A DNA stretch of 64,000 nt from IMG/VR virus record IMGVR_UViG_3300024246_000002, positions 610-64,609 of that record. One strand, given 5' to 3'. The stretch's first letter is position 1. Each line of letters opens with the position of its first letter. Under the pieces are notes generated by a model. It saw nothing but the letters and a program-made list of their open reading frames with translations. It was not told the DNA's origin and searched no databases. Position numbers and translations under genes: made by a program. The DNA comes from a virus. Taxonomy: Duplodnaviria; Caudoviricetes. Positions 37,079-45,631 of the stretch are shown piece after piece.

Positions 37079-37187
37079 CTTGGAGTCCACAGGCCAGTGG
37101 ATGCCGAGATTCCCGCATGGAATCCGATCTGCCGAGGCACGGGGCGCCTGCTCTCCAGAGCGCCCCAGCTTCGGTTCTGGAGAGCTG

Positions 37188-38399
37188 ATGCCCACGCCAC
37201 CTATTGATAGTTCAGCCAGTTCCGCGACCTCAGATCAATCCATAAAGCGTTGTAAACTCCAGTGTTATCTCAATAAGCATTTCCACAAGCCGGACCTAGA
37301 AGCTCTCGACGTGGCACTCGCGGCCTATCGCGCGCACTACTTCGACGGGTGCAAGCCCATCTGGCTATGGATTGTCGGCACCTCGGGCTCCGGTAAGACC
37401 GAGATTGCTATCCGCTCTCTCGATTCCCTCCCCTATATCAAGCCCGTGGGCGAACTGACAGCCGCAGCGCTCATAAGTGCCAAAAAAGGTCAATCTGGTC
37501 TCCTCTATCGTCTCCCTAAGCGAATCAATGGCGACAAGAACTACACGGGAATCCTTACATTCAAAGACTTTACCTCATTCCTATCTATGCGCCGTGAAGA
37601 TCGCGCCGTCGTGATTGCCCAGCTCCGCGAAGTCGCAGACGGCCGCTGGTCCAAAGACACTGGCGAGCGTGGCTCTCAGGTTTGGGCCGGCAAGGTTACC
37701 GTAGTTGCAGCGTGTACGCCAGCGCTCGAAATGGCTTGGAGCGTCCACCGCTCTATGGGCGATCGATTCCTCACCATCCGCTGGCGCGACGGTGACGACG
37801 AGATGACCGCCAACAAGGCCCAAGAGCACGACGGCCTCGAAGAGGAAATGAGCCGCATCATCCAACAGCTCGCCTCGGATTATATGGGCGCTCCCTTGTT
37901 CTCTCCTCCCCCTCCACTTGAGTCTTTCTTTATTGAGCCCATCACGAAGCTCGCACTCCTCTCTTGTTGGCTCCGCACCCCAGTCCATCGCGACGAATAC
38001 ACCCACAAGATCGACGACGTAGGTCCAAAAGAGAAGCCAACGCGCATGGTCAAGGCGCTTCGAACGCTCATGTGCGGTCACTCGGCGCTACAAAACCGTC
38101 CACTAATTACCACAGACTTGAAATTAGCGTATAGGATTGCGATGGATTCGGTGCCCCTAAAACGCTTCAAAATCGTCGATTCCATGCCGGATGACACCGA
38201 ACTCTCTTTTGGCGACATTCTACTCTCCTCCGGCCTCGCACGTACTTCATTACAAAGGGAGTTAGATGATTTGCATGAGATCGGAGTCCTCACGCTCTCG
38301 ACTCGCAAGATCGAGGATAATGAGAAAACCTTCGCAACACTTAATCCCAATTTCGCACAAGCTCGCGCCCATATATTAGGCCTATTCTCAGAGACTTAG
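37188..38399 (+). CDS. AAA+ (MCM-like) replicative helicase/origin protein with C-terminal winged helix
   Basis: WLWIVGTSGSGKT Walker A; LTFKDFTS Walker B; QLREVADG; GDRF arginine finger. Start may alternatively be 37074. Confidence 0.7.
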   Translation: MPTPPIDSSASSATSDQSIKRCKLQCYLNKHFHKPDLEALDVALAAYRAHYFDGCKPIWLWIVGTSGSGKTEIAIRSLDSLPYIKPVGELTAAALISAKKGQSGLLYRLPKRINGDKNYTGILTFKDFTSFLSMRREDRAVVIAQLREVADGRWSKDTGERGSQVWAGKVTVVAACTPALEMAWSVHRSMGDRFLTIRWRDGDDEMTANKAQEHDGLEEEMSRIIQQLASDYMGAPLFSPPPPLESFFIEPITKLALLSCWLRTPVHRDEYTHKIDDVGPKEKPTRMVKALRTLMCGHSALQNRPLITTDLKLAYRIAMDSVPLKRFKIVDSMPDDTELSFGDILLSSGLARTSLQRELDDLHEIGVLTLSTRKIEDNEKTFATLNPNFAQARAHILGLFSET

Positions 38400-38547
38400 C
38401 CGAACTAACCGACATTTGACTGTTTTCCTCGTAGGGGTGCCCACGAACGTCCGGGGAGAACACGTTGAGATACTCATATTATTTATATATTTTATATGCG
38501 CTTACGGGTACAATATTGGGCAACCCCCCTCCCCAATGATGTAAAAT

Positions 38548-39120
38548 CTACCACCCTCCCTTCTGTTTCGAATATGCTAGGGCCCGCGCACTCTGCCCCG
38601 CCATAAACAGCATAGGCACCCGCTCCAATTTGTGATGGCCCCTCCGGTGGAGCGTCCACGCGCCCGCGATCGCTCCGACCTCGAAGGCCGCGGTCAGAGC
38701 GACATTGCCCGCGCACGACTGGGTCAGGTAGTCCTCATGGCACCCTCGGCTTAGGAATCGGCACGTCTGGGCCATGTCCGCGCCCGCGAGACTGAGCATA
38801 GCGACGGCGCTAGCCCGGTTGGGAGTGTCCCAGAACCTCCCTAGAGTGGTCGGATTCCTGATAGCTATGGGGGTAGGCGCTACTTTCGGCGCTGGTATCG
38901 ATGGTAGAGACTCCGCCGGGCTAAGTACGCCCATATTGCCTGCTAGGGCCAATTCCTGCCCTTTCAGGCGCGGCGCTACGAGTGTTAGGAGGATGATCCA
39001 CCCAAGCAGAATCAGGATGCACGCCAGGATCCCCTCCCTGAGCGCTTTCCGCTGCCGACGCAATTGCTCCTCGGCCGACCATTGGACAGGACGGCCGGAT
39101 TTGTCATGGTCGAGTATCAT
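38548..39120 (-). CDS. Hypothetical membrane protein
   Basis: TM segment ILACILILLGWIILLTLV; ATGA overlap with the upstream gene. Confidence 0.5.
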   Translation of the reverse strand: MILDHDKSGRPVQWSAEEQLRRQRKALREGILACILILLGWIILLTLVAPRLKGQELALAGNMGVLSPAESLPSIPAPKVAPTPIAIRNPTTLGRFWDTPNRASAVAMLSLAGADMAQTCRFLSRGCHEDYLTQSCAGNVALTAAFEVGAIAGAWTLHRRGHHKLERVPMLFMAGQSARALAYSKQKGGW

Positions 39121-39407
39121 GGCATCCTCCAGAGGCGCATTAGCCAGTTGCGGAACCGCTCCCAATCACTCATCTCTAAGGCTGGCTGTACGATAGGCGC
39201 GATAATTTCAGGGTATGTGCCGATTGTCGCGACGCTGATTCGTACGCCATTTCCCCAATCTTTTGGGCCTCCATGCATCGATTGGGCTATCTGTTTCTCC
39301 ACCCTATCGCGTGGTCCCTCGTATTGAATAATTCGCAACACTCTAACTGTGTCCACTTTGAGCCTCCTCTCGACACTTCGCGCAGAACCATCTCTTCTCG
39401 TACTCAA
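39117..39407 (-). CDS. Hypothetical early protein
   Basis: ORF in the leftward early cluster. Confidence 0.4.
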   Translation of the reverse strand: MSTRRDGSARSVERRLKVDTVRVLRIIQYEGPRDRVEKQIAQSMHGGPKDWGNGVRISVATIGTYPEIIAPIVQPALEMSDWERFRNWLMRLWRMP

Positions 39408-39527
39408 TCACGCGATTGGGGCACGGCTCAGCCTGCAAGCACACCCGGAGCTTATTGCACGATTGGCAGCGGTGAGTGTGGATTGAGGCGTGAGCCTCAG
39501 CGGCGGGCGCGCGGGCGTTTAGCTGAG

Positions 39528-39800
39528 TCATTGGCGCCACCGTTCCATGCCCTCAAATTGAGCATCTAAGTAGGCCATCTCTATGCGGGCCATCCTCACC
39601 TCAATTATCGAATCCAGGTCGAGCGAATGGGCGTAGCACGCCACGTCATCCGCGTCAACGTCCCGGAACGATTGCTCTAAGTGGACGCAATTGCGGTGAG
39701 TGTCGAACTCCCCACGCGCTATGGTGCCGCACTCATCGGTGCGCGCGCCCTCGAGAATCGCCTCTGTCGTTTCTATTTCTGTGGATAATCGTGCTGTCAT
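39528..39800 (-). CDS. Hypothetical early protein
   Basis: ATG after GGAGG. Confidence 0.45.
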   Translation of the reverse strand: MTARLSTEIETTEAILEGARTDECGTIARGEFDTHRNCVHLEQSFRDVDADDVACYAHSLDLDSIIEVRMARIEMAYLDAQFEGMERWRQ

Positions 39801-39861
39801 GCGTGCCGCACCTCCATGCGGTCTACTGAATCACACTCCACTAAGCGTTACTATTGCGTAC

Positions 39862-40236
39862 TTATGCTGGTACGCAGATTCCTTCGCGTCCCCAATCGTT
39901 CGTGAATCCATCGGGGAAGATAATCTTGAGCACACACCCGCGCGGATCGCCTCCAGTAATTACCTTGCCACCAATCGCCGCTGCGACCTGTGCCGCGCGC
40001 GCCTCAATTCGCGCTTGTTTCTTCTCCGCGCGATCCGTGCGTTTCTCGTCCCAGTTCCCTTTATAGTCCTGATACCCGTTGCAGAGTTCCTCCGCCAATC
40101 GATGCAACGTGACGCTGTACCGCATCAATAACTCGGCGTTTCGTTGGATGAACATCGGCGGATCGCTTTCCTTCCATTGATGCGGCGAGTGTTCGTACAG
40201 TATCGCGATAAACTCATGCCGTTCTTTGCGTGACAT
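39862..40236 (-). CDS. Hypothetical early protein
   Basis: ATG after GGAGG; C-terminal GGDPRG motif common in phage early proteins. Confidence 0.6.
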   Translation of the reverse strand: MSRKERHEFIAILYEHSPHQWKESDPPMFIQRNAELLMRYSVTLHRLAEELCNGYQDYKGNWDEKRTDRAEKKQARIEARAAQVAAAIGGKVITGGDPRGCVLKIIFPDGFTNDWGREGICVPA

Positions 40237-40294
40237 CGTGAAACCTCCGTGTTTAACGTCCTGACCGGACGTGATTGGAGCGATTGCACTCCCC

Positions 40295-40328
40295 GCTCGC
40301 CCGGCACGCGTGCTGTCACTGGGCGAGC
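40295..40328. promoter_or_regulatory. Intergenic hairpin (terminator or processing site)
   Basis: GCTCGCCC (40295-302) / GGGCGAGC (40321-28) inverted repeat enclosing the palindrome GCACGCGTGC. Confidence 0.4.
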
Positions 40329-40340
40329 TGGCAGGGCACT

Positions 40341-40931
40341 CTACTCGTCTACGTGCTCCACATCCTTGAACGCCTTCGCAATCGCGCGCCGGGAGAATCC
40401 GTAACTCAGCAACTCTTCCCGCAACTCGCCTAGCTGCTCCTGCTCTATCTCCGCGAAATACGATTTGTCAGAGTCAGATTCGATTCCCCACAGTCCGCCT
40501 GAGGAGAAATTCTGGATAACAGCTCCGTGACTCGCCTGTACCTGTACTTCGGCGCGAATCCCCAGATAGCACCATTGATCGTGATTCAGCCCCTCCATGC
40601 GCGAGTAATCCTGCAACACATACTTGCGGATATTCTCGGGCGTGTCGCCTTCGTAGTTGGATGAGGGATTGAAATAGCGATATTCGCGCCGATTCCAGTC
40701 GTCTCCAACACAATCGCACGTCTCCCCGTCCTGCTCCTGCCATTCCGCGTTATCCTGTCCCGTGTTGACTGGGCAGTCCAACACGTGCGCGCGGTCAATC
40801 GAATATTCACTCTCGCGCGAATTACTATACTCGCCTAGATAGGACGTGTCCGCGTCCGTGTCGTACATCCGCTTGACTACAACCTTCAGGATGCGTTTTG
40901 CCGATTTGACTTGCTTCGTTGCTATTGGCAT
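40341..40931 (-). CDS. Hypothetical early protein
   Basis: ATG at 40931 after GAGGGG; SGGLWGIESD motif. Confidence 0.6.
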   Translation of the reverse strand: MPIATKQVKSAKRILKVVVKRMYDTDADTSYLGEYSNSRESEYSIDRAHVLDCPVNTGQDNAEWQEQDGETCDCVGDDWNRREYRYFNPSSNYEGDTPENIRKYVLQDYSRMEGLNHDQWCYLGIRAEVQVQASHGAVIQNFSSGGLWGIESDSDKSYFAEIEQEQLGELREELLSYGFSRRAIAKAFKDVEHVDE

Positions 40932-41020
40932 CGTCTTTCCCCTCTCGTGTTGGATTGGAGTGTGATTACCCTCCACACGTCCCACTCTCGCGAATGGGAC
41001 GGAGCAAGGCAATCGCCCCG

Positions 41021-41245
41021 CTATGGCAGGACGGTCGCGTGATGCGCTGGCGTGGAGCTGGCGCCAAGCCTATGCGCGTCCTGTGCCTTGCGCGCGTTCC
41101 AGGACTTCGCCGTGTCCACGGCATCAGAGTCACACGCCATAGTAAACTCGGATTGGTTGGAATGTTCCAGAACGTAATAACGGTGAGCGTACAGGTCAAA
41201 CCACGCTGAGAAGTGCTTGCCGTGCCAGAGTTCTATGTGATGCAT
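41021..41245 (-). CDS. Hypothetical early protein, first gene of the leftward unit
   Basis: GGAGG plus ATG 41245, just downstream of the promoter. Confidence 0.5.
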   Translation of the reverse strand: MHHIELWHGKHFSAWFDLYAHRYYVLEHSNQSEFTMACDSDAVDTAKSWNARKAQDAHRLGASSTPAHHATVLP

Positions 41246-41268
41246 CGTGCGATACCTCCAATACGCCA

Positions 41269-41297
41269 ATCCTATTTAATATGATAATCATTGTCAA
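41269..41297 (-). promoter_or_regulatory. Leftward early sigma70 promoter with palindromic operator in the spacer
   Basis: TTGACA (41297-92), 17 nt, TAGGAT (41274-69); the spacer contains ATGAT-T-ATCAT. Confidence 0.6.
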
Positions 41298-41418
41298 GCA
41301 TTATTTGTGGGAAAATGCGTACCAGTACCAAAATAGTTGTAGAGTGTGGATATCTCACAATGAGACACTCTCGCCCTAGCCCCAGCGCCCATGCTACCCT
41401 AGATATTGGATACCAACG

Positions 41419-41760
41419 ATGGCAGCGACCTCTCAGGCACACTTGTGGGCAAACCCGCTCCCAGTAGTCCGCATACGCGGTACTATAACCTGGGTATGCC
41501 CGAAATGTAGGACAGTCCACCAGACCAAATGGAACGATGAATCGTGGGAATTGCACTGCGGCAAGTGCGAGCGAACATTCGCGCATGGATCGCGCATCCT
41601 CACGATGCCACGCGGCACTCGCCGCGCACCGTTCGATATCACTTGCGCCGAGCTCGCAGCGTATAAGTCCGGCGGCCGCGTCAATACCTTTACTGATTGT
41701 TCTGATGATACCAGCGATTGTCATTATCCTAACCCTTTCGACTTGAATACTGATAAGTAA
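41419..41760 (+). CDS. Zn-ribbon hypothetical protein
   Basis: WVCPKC...LHCGKC. Confidence 0.45.
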   Translation: MAATSQAHLWANPLPVVRIRGTITWVCPKCRTVHQTKWNDESWELHCGKCERTFAHGSRILTMPRGTRRAPFDITCAELAAYKSGGRVNTFTDCSDDTSDCHYPNPFDLNTDK

Positions 41761-41934
41761 TCCACTGTAGCGCGGTCACTCCACTCGCCCCGCAGCGCCC
41801 ACCCGCTAGTGTACTAAGTGGTAATAGTATATGGAATGGCATAATCGTTGTCATTTCCAAAGGGGGTGGGAGGGGCGGGGCTGAAACCGCGGACCGGTCG
41901 TGCGCTTTTCTATAAAAAATTTTCAAATTAGGGC

Positions 41935-41964
41935 TTGACGCAAATCAGCGAATTGAAGTATCGT
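41935..41964 (+). promoter_or_regulatory. Putative rightward promoter of the packaging/structural unit
   Basis: TTGACG, 18 nt, TATCGT upstream of ATG 41980. Confidence 0.45.
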
Positions 41965-41979
41965 TCCCTTGATAAGCGT

Positions 41980-42183
41980 ATGAGCGATAATCCCGCGATG
42001 GATAAAATTTACGCACTCTACGACGAGCACGAGTCGTGGCTTAAAGTGGCCGAGCATCTCAAAATCAGCCAATCCTATCTGAGCGACATCACAGGCGGTC
42101 GGCGCGAAATTAGCGCAAACTTGGCTAGGACGCTCGGCTTCAAGCGGAAGATAGTCTATGTGGAGGCCCATGATGAGTCTTAG
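41980..42183 (+). CDS. Cro/XRE-like helix-turn-helix regulator
   Basis: WLKVAEHLKISQSYLSDITGGRREIS. Confidence 0.75.
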   Translation: MSDNPAMDKIYALYDEHESWLKVAEHLKISQSYLSDITGGRREISANLARTLGFKRKIVYVEAHDES

Positions 42184-42364
42184 CCCCGATTTCCGCGATT
42201 ATGGGTGGCGTGAGTGCTCGAACTGCAAGCAGCGATATAGCGTCCGCGAAATCGATCCGCGCATAATTTGCTGGACTTGTGAGCGTGTTCAGGTCGGATT
42301 GGCCAAAAGCGTCCTCAAGACTCCCGAGAAGGTACAAGGATTCCCAGAGGGGGCGGAGCTATAA
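42170..42364 (+). CDS. Small Zn-finger protein
   Basis: CSNC...CWTC. Confidence 0.4.
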   Translation: MMSLSPDFRDYGWRECSNCKQRYSVREIDPRIICWTCERVQVGLAKSVLKTPEKVQGFPEGAEL

Positions 42365-43053
42365 TGGCCGGCCGCCGCGCAGTCAAGGACCCCAAGACGG
42401 GCGAGATGAAGCTCGTCCCACTCAAAGGGAAGCCCTACACCGACAAAGTCTTCCGCCGTCTAGAGGCCTCAGTGCCCCGCGCCGAGCTTGAGCGCGCGAT
42501 GGACGCCGCCCCGGATGAGCGCGCCCAGCAGCTCCTCATGCGGCTCATGGATCCCGCCTTTAGGAAGCACTCGCTCCCCAAGCTCGCTAAGGACGTCGGG
42601 CTCACTTACCCCCAGGTTCTCCACTACATCCAGCGCTATCGGCTCGACGAGGGGTTGCTCAAGATGAGCGCCCACGTCCCTCAGGTGCTCGAGGACGTCG
42701 CCATCGACTCGAAGTCCAAGGAGGTGACCTGCTCCAATTGCGAAGGGACGAAGGTCATCGCGGTCACCGAGATAGTCGAGGACCCAGATACAAAGAAGAA
42801 GGTGGTGTTGCAGAAGCTCGACGAGGAGGGCCGGGGGATGTGGAAGAAGTGCCTCGTGTGCGACGGTGCCGGCACCATCCGTCAGGTCGGCGACTCCGAC
42901 TCCCGAAAGCTCCTCTTCGAGACGATGAAGCTCACCGGGAACCGCGGGCCGCTCGTGGCCATCCAGCAGAATATGGGCGGCGCCCCGACGATGGAGGACT
43001 CTATGGCTTCGGTGCGGGATGTGCTCGACGTGAAAGCGGAGCCGGTGAAATGA
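42364..43053 (+). CDS. Putative terminase small subunit with CxxCxG Zn finger
   Basis: Helical HTH-like N-terminus; CSNCEG/CLVCDG; C-terminal ...KLTG.RGPLVAIQQN typical of TerS; upstream of TerL. Confidence 0.55.
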   Translation: MAGRRAVKDPKTGEMKLVPLKGKPYTDKVFRRLEASVPRAELERAMDAAPDERAQQLLMRLMDPAFRKHSLPKLAKDVGLTYPQVLHYIQRYRLDEGLLKMSAHVPQVLEDVAIDSKSKEVTCSNCEGTKVIAVTEIVEDPDTKKKVVLQKLDEEGRGMWKKCLVCDGAGTIRQVGDSDSRKLLFETMKLTGNRGPLVAIQQNMGGAPTMEDSMASVRDVLDVKAEPVK

Positions 43054-43175
43054 CCCACCCACTTGAGCCGCAGCACTCGACGCTCCAGAAGGTCATTATC
43101 ATCGTCGGCTTCATTCTGCTCGGGTTCGTCATCTGGGAGGTCTACGGAGTCTGGAACAACGGGGTGAGGCCATGA
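43050..43175 (+). CDS. Small membrane protein
   Basis: Single TM segment; ATGA overlap. Confidence 0.45.
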   Translation: MTHPLEPQHSTLQKVIIIVGFILLGFVIWEVYGVWNNGVRP

Positions 43176-43354
43176 GCGTCCACGTATTCCCAAAGGGCAA
43201 CGACCGAAGCTGGACACGCGAGTTCTACTACACAGTTAACCGTGTGTTCCGGTGGATGGAATACAAGAATCGACCCAGAGTAGAACGAGCGATTCTCGAA
43301 ACGTTCTGTTTCGGAAAATCATATGTGAGCCTCGACTTGGAGGACTACCAGTGA
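43172..43354 (+). CDS. Hypothetical protein
   Basis: Coupled overlaps on both sides. Confidence 0.4.
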   Translation: MSVHVFPKGNDRSWTREFYYTVNRVFRWMEYKNRPRVERAILETFCFGKSYVSLDLEDYQ

Positions 43355-43473
43355 TTGAGTTCATCGCGTGGTTTATCGTCCTAGTGGCGCTGCTGAGGAT
43401 GCTTGAGGGCTGGGCACGCGCCGTCCTAGTCGCTCTGTATGTGCTCGGCTCGGTAGTGGTGTTCCTCGCATGA
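43351..43473 (+). CDS. Small membrane protein
   Basis: Two hydrophobic segments; GGAGG plus GTG. Confidence 0.4.
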   Translation: MIEFIAWFIVLVALLRMLEGWARAVLVALYVLGSVVVFLA

Positions 43474-43721
43474 GCCTCATCGAAATCAACAGTGACGTGA
43501 AGCTCCTCGTTCGTGAGCTGAAGCGAATCGCCCACGCCCTCGAACTCCACCTAGAGTATGCCTACGGCCACCGCATCGCTCCCGTCGATTCAAAGGAACT
43601 GAAGGGCGAGCCTCCCGGCGTCACCTATAGCGATGACGAGACCACGATGAAGCGCGAGCTGGACGAGGCGCGGAAGCGCATAGAGATTGACGATAGCGAC
43701 GATGCGGAGATTGTGCCGTGA
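43470..43721 (+). CDS. Hypothetical protein
   Basis: 83-aa ORF with ATGA overlap. Confidence 0.5.
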   Translation: MSLIEINSDVKLLVRELKRIAHALELHLEYAYGHRIAPVDSKELKGEPPGVTYSDDETTMKRELDEARKRIEIDDSDDAEIVP

Positions 43722-43836
43722 AGCCTAGAATCAAACTTAGATTTCGCAGTGTCTATAAGGATTGCGTATGGGCCTACTTTCGTCCACCGTACTCATCCAA
43801 GATGTGGATTTATATTATTGGGGTGATTAGACCCTA

Positions 43837-45054
43837 ATGTACTCGACGCGACTCATCGAACGCTCGCAATCAAAAGTCGAAGCGGCCACCAAGCTGACGC
43901 TCAGGCGCTACGACATCCCCGAGGTGATGCAGCGCAAATCGGACTTGCAGCGACTCGTCAAGGAAGACGGCCAGCTCGCGCGCGACCTCAACACGGAAGA
44001 GAGAGCGTTCATCCGCAACGAGCAGCTCCTGTCGATGATCGATTTCCGCTACTGGCTCACGCGCTACGCTCACCTGCTGGTGGACCAAGGAGGCCTTGAG
44101 ACGTTCTCGTCGCCATGGGAATCTCAAGAGATTCTCCTGCGCTTCATCGCACGTCTCGAGGACGAGATGGTCGATATGGCTTCGCGCGGAGAGAGTGTCG
44201 ATGGCATTCTCATCTTCCTGCACAAGGCGCGACAACTGGGAGCGACCGCACTGGGCCGCGCCATCAGCGTCCATGCAATGACAGCGCGCCATCACACTAG
44301 GGCGATGGCCGCCTCGATCGACGACGACAAGGTACTGGAGCTTTATGACCGAGACAAACTCATCATCGACAACCTGCCATTTTATCTCCGCCCTTCCATC
44401 GGATTCGATGAGAAAGCTCAGCACATCTTTTTCGATAAGTTGGGAAGCCGTGTCATCTATCAGCTTGGAACTCAAAAGAGCGGACTCGGGCAAGGTCGTC
44501 AGTTCGACGTTACGCATCTCACTGAATGTGCTTCATGGCCCTATCCTGGAATCATTGAACATGACTGGATGCCCACAATACCGCAATCCCTCCGGGCGTT
44601 TGCGCTTCTGGAATCGACTGCTCAAGGCCGTGGGAACTGGTGGCACCAACAGGTCAAGAAGCTCTCCGAGCACAGGCTCCGCCGGTGGCATCTAGTCTTC
44701 ATTCCGTGGTACGCCGAGCTGAAGAAGTATCGGGCGACGCCGCCCACGGATTGGAAGCCCTCGGACGAAGCGATGCTCCATGCCCAACGAGTCCACGAGA
44801 CCTCGCGTAAGTACGTGGGTCGGGACGTGATGCTCACGAAGGAGCAATTATATTGGTGGCAATCGACGCGCGATGAATACTATCTGTCGAACAATCTCGC
44901 TGTGTTCTACACGAACTACTGCGCGACGATTGAGGAGTCGTTCCAGTTTAGAGTCAAGAGCGCGTTTGGTTTTGAAACTTTGGAGTACTATCGCAATCGA
45001 GTTCAGGAAGGCACATCCTACAGAATAGACACGGCGCAACTAAATGCCTCATAA
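43837..45054 (+). CDS. terL: Terminase large subunit, ATPase domain only
   Basis: WESQ Q-motif; LHKARQLGAT Walker A; HLTECA Walker B; LESTAQG motif III; FIPWY; stops before the nuclease domain. Confidence 0.85.
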   Translation: MYSTRLIERSQSKVEAATKLTLRRYDIPEVMQRKSDLQRLVKEDGQLARDLNTEERAFIRNEQLLSMIDFRYWLTRYAHLLVDQGGLETFSSPWESQEILLRFIARLEDEMVDMASRGESVDGILIFLHKARQLGATALGRAISVHAMTARHHTRAMAASIDDDKVLELYDRDKLIIDNLPFYLRPSIGFDEKAQHIFFDKLGSRVIYQLGTQKSGLGQGRQFDVTHLTECASWPYPGIIEHDWMPTIPQSLRAFALLESTAQGRGNWWHQQVKKLSEHRLRRWHLVFIPWYAELKKYRATPPTDWKPSDEAMLHAQRVHETSRKYVGRDVMLTKEQLYWWQSTRDEYYLSNNLAVFYTNYCATIEESFQFRVKSAFGFETLEYYRNRVQEGTSYRIDTAQLNAS

Positions 45055-45631
45055 GGAATCGTTGAAGAACTGGCGAATTAAGCAGCGCAAGCGCGGATTA
45101 TGTATTGATTGCGTTAATCCGGCTGTTCCAACTCTGCGTAGTAAATTGGGGTGTTTCTGTAAACACCATCTAGCCGTTCATCGAGTGAGAATGAAGGCGC
45201 GGCGATTGGAAAAGAATGGCCCTCCTGCCCCTCCATTTTCTTTAGACACCTTTGCTAATATATCCGCCGAAGATTTGTCCTACGCGGCTGGATTAATAGA
45301 CGGAGAAGGCTGCTTGAGCGTCTCTACGTATAAGGGGCACAGAAGAATAGCTGTAAAAGTCGGGATGACGAATCCTGAACCTGTCGCATTCATGGCCTAT
45401 ATATTCGGTGGGAATGTGATACCCCGCGACCCGAAAAGAGGTAATCGTAAACGTGTGTACGATTGGGCGAGAGCTTCTCGTCCCGCAGGAGCTATTGCTA
45501 AAGTCCTACTTCCCTATTTGCGTATACCTTACAAAATAAAAGCGGCTGCTGAAATGGTTCGCATTGCGGAATCAATTGAGCGCGTGGTAGAGGCTCAGGG
45601 ATATAAGATTGATGTGGAAAGGGTAGCCTAG
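45044..45631 (+). mobile_element. Free-standing single-motif LAGLIDADG endonuclease with N-terminal Zn finger
   Basis: LSYAAGLIDGEGCLSV; VGMTNPEPV; N-terminal CIDC...C..H; AT-rich. Confidence 0.8.
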
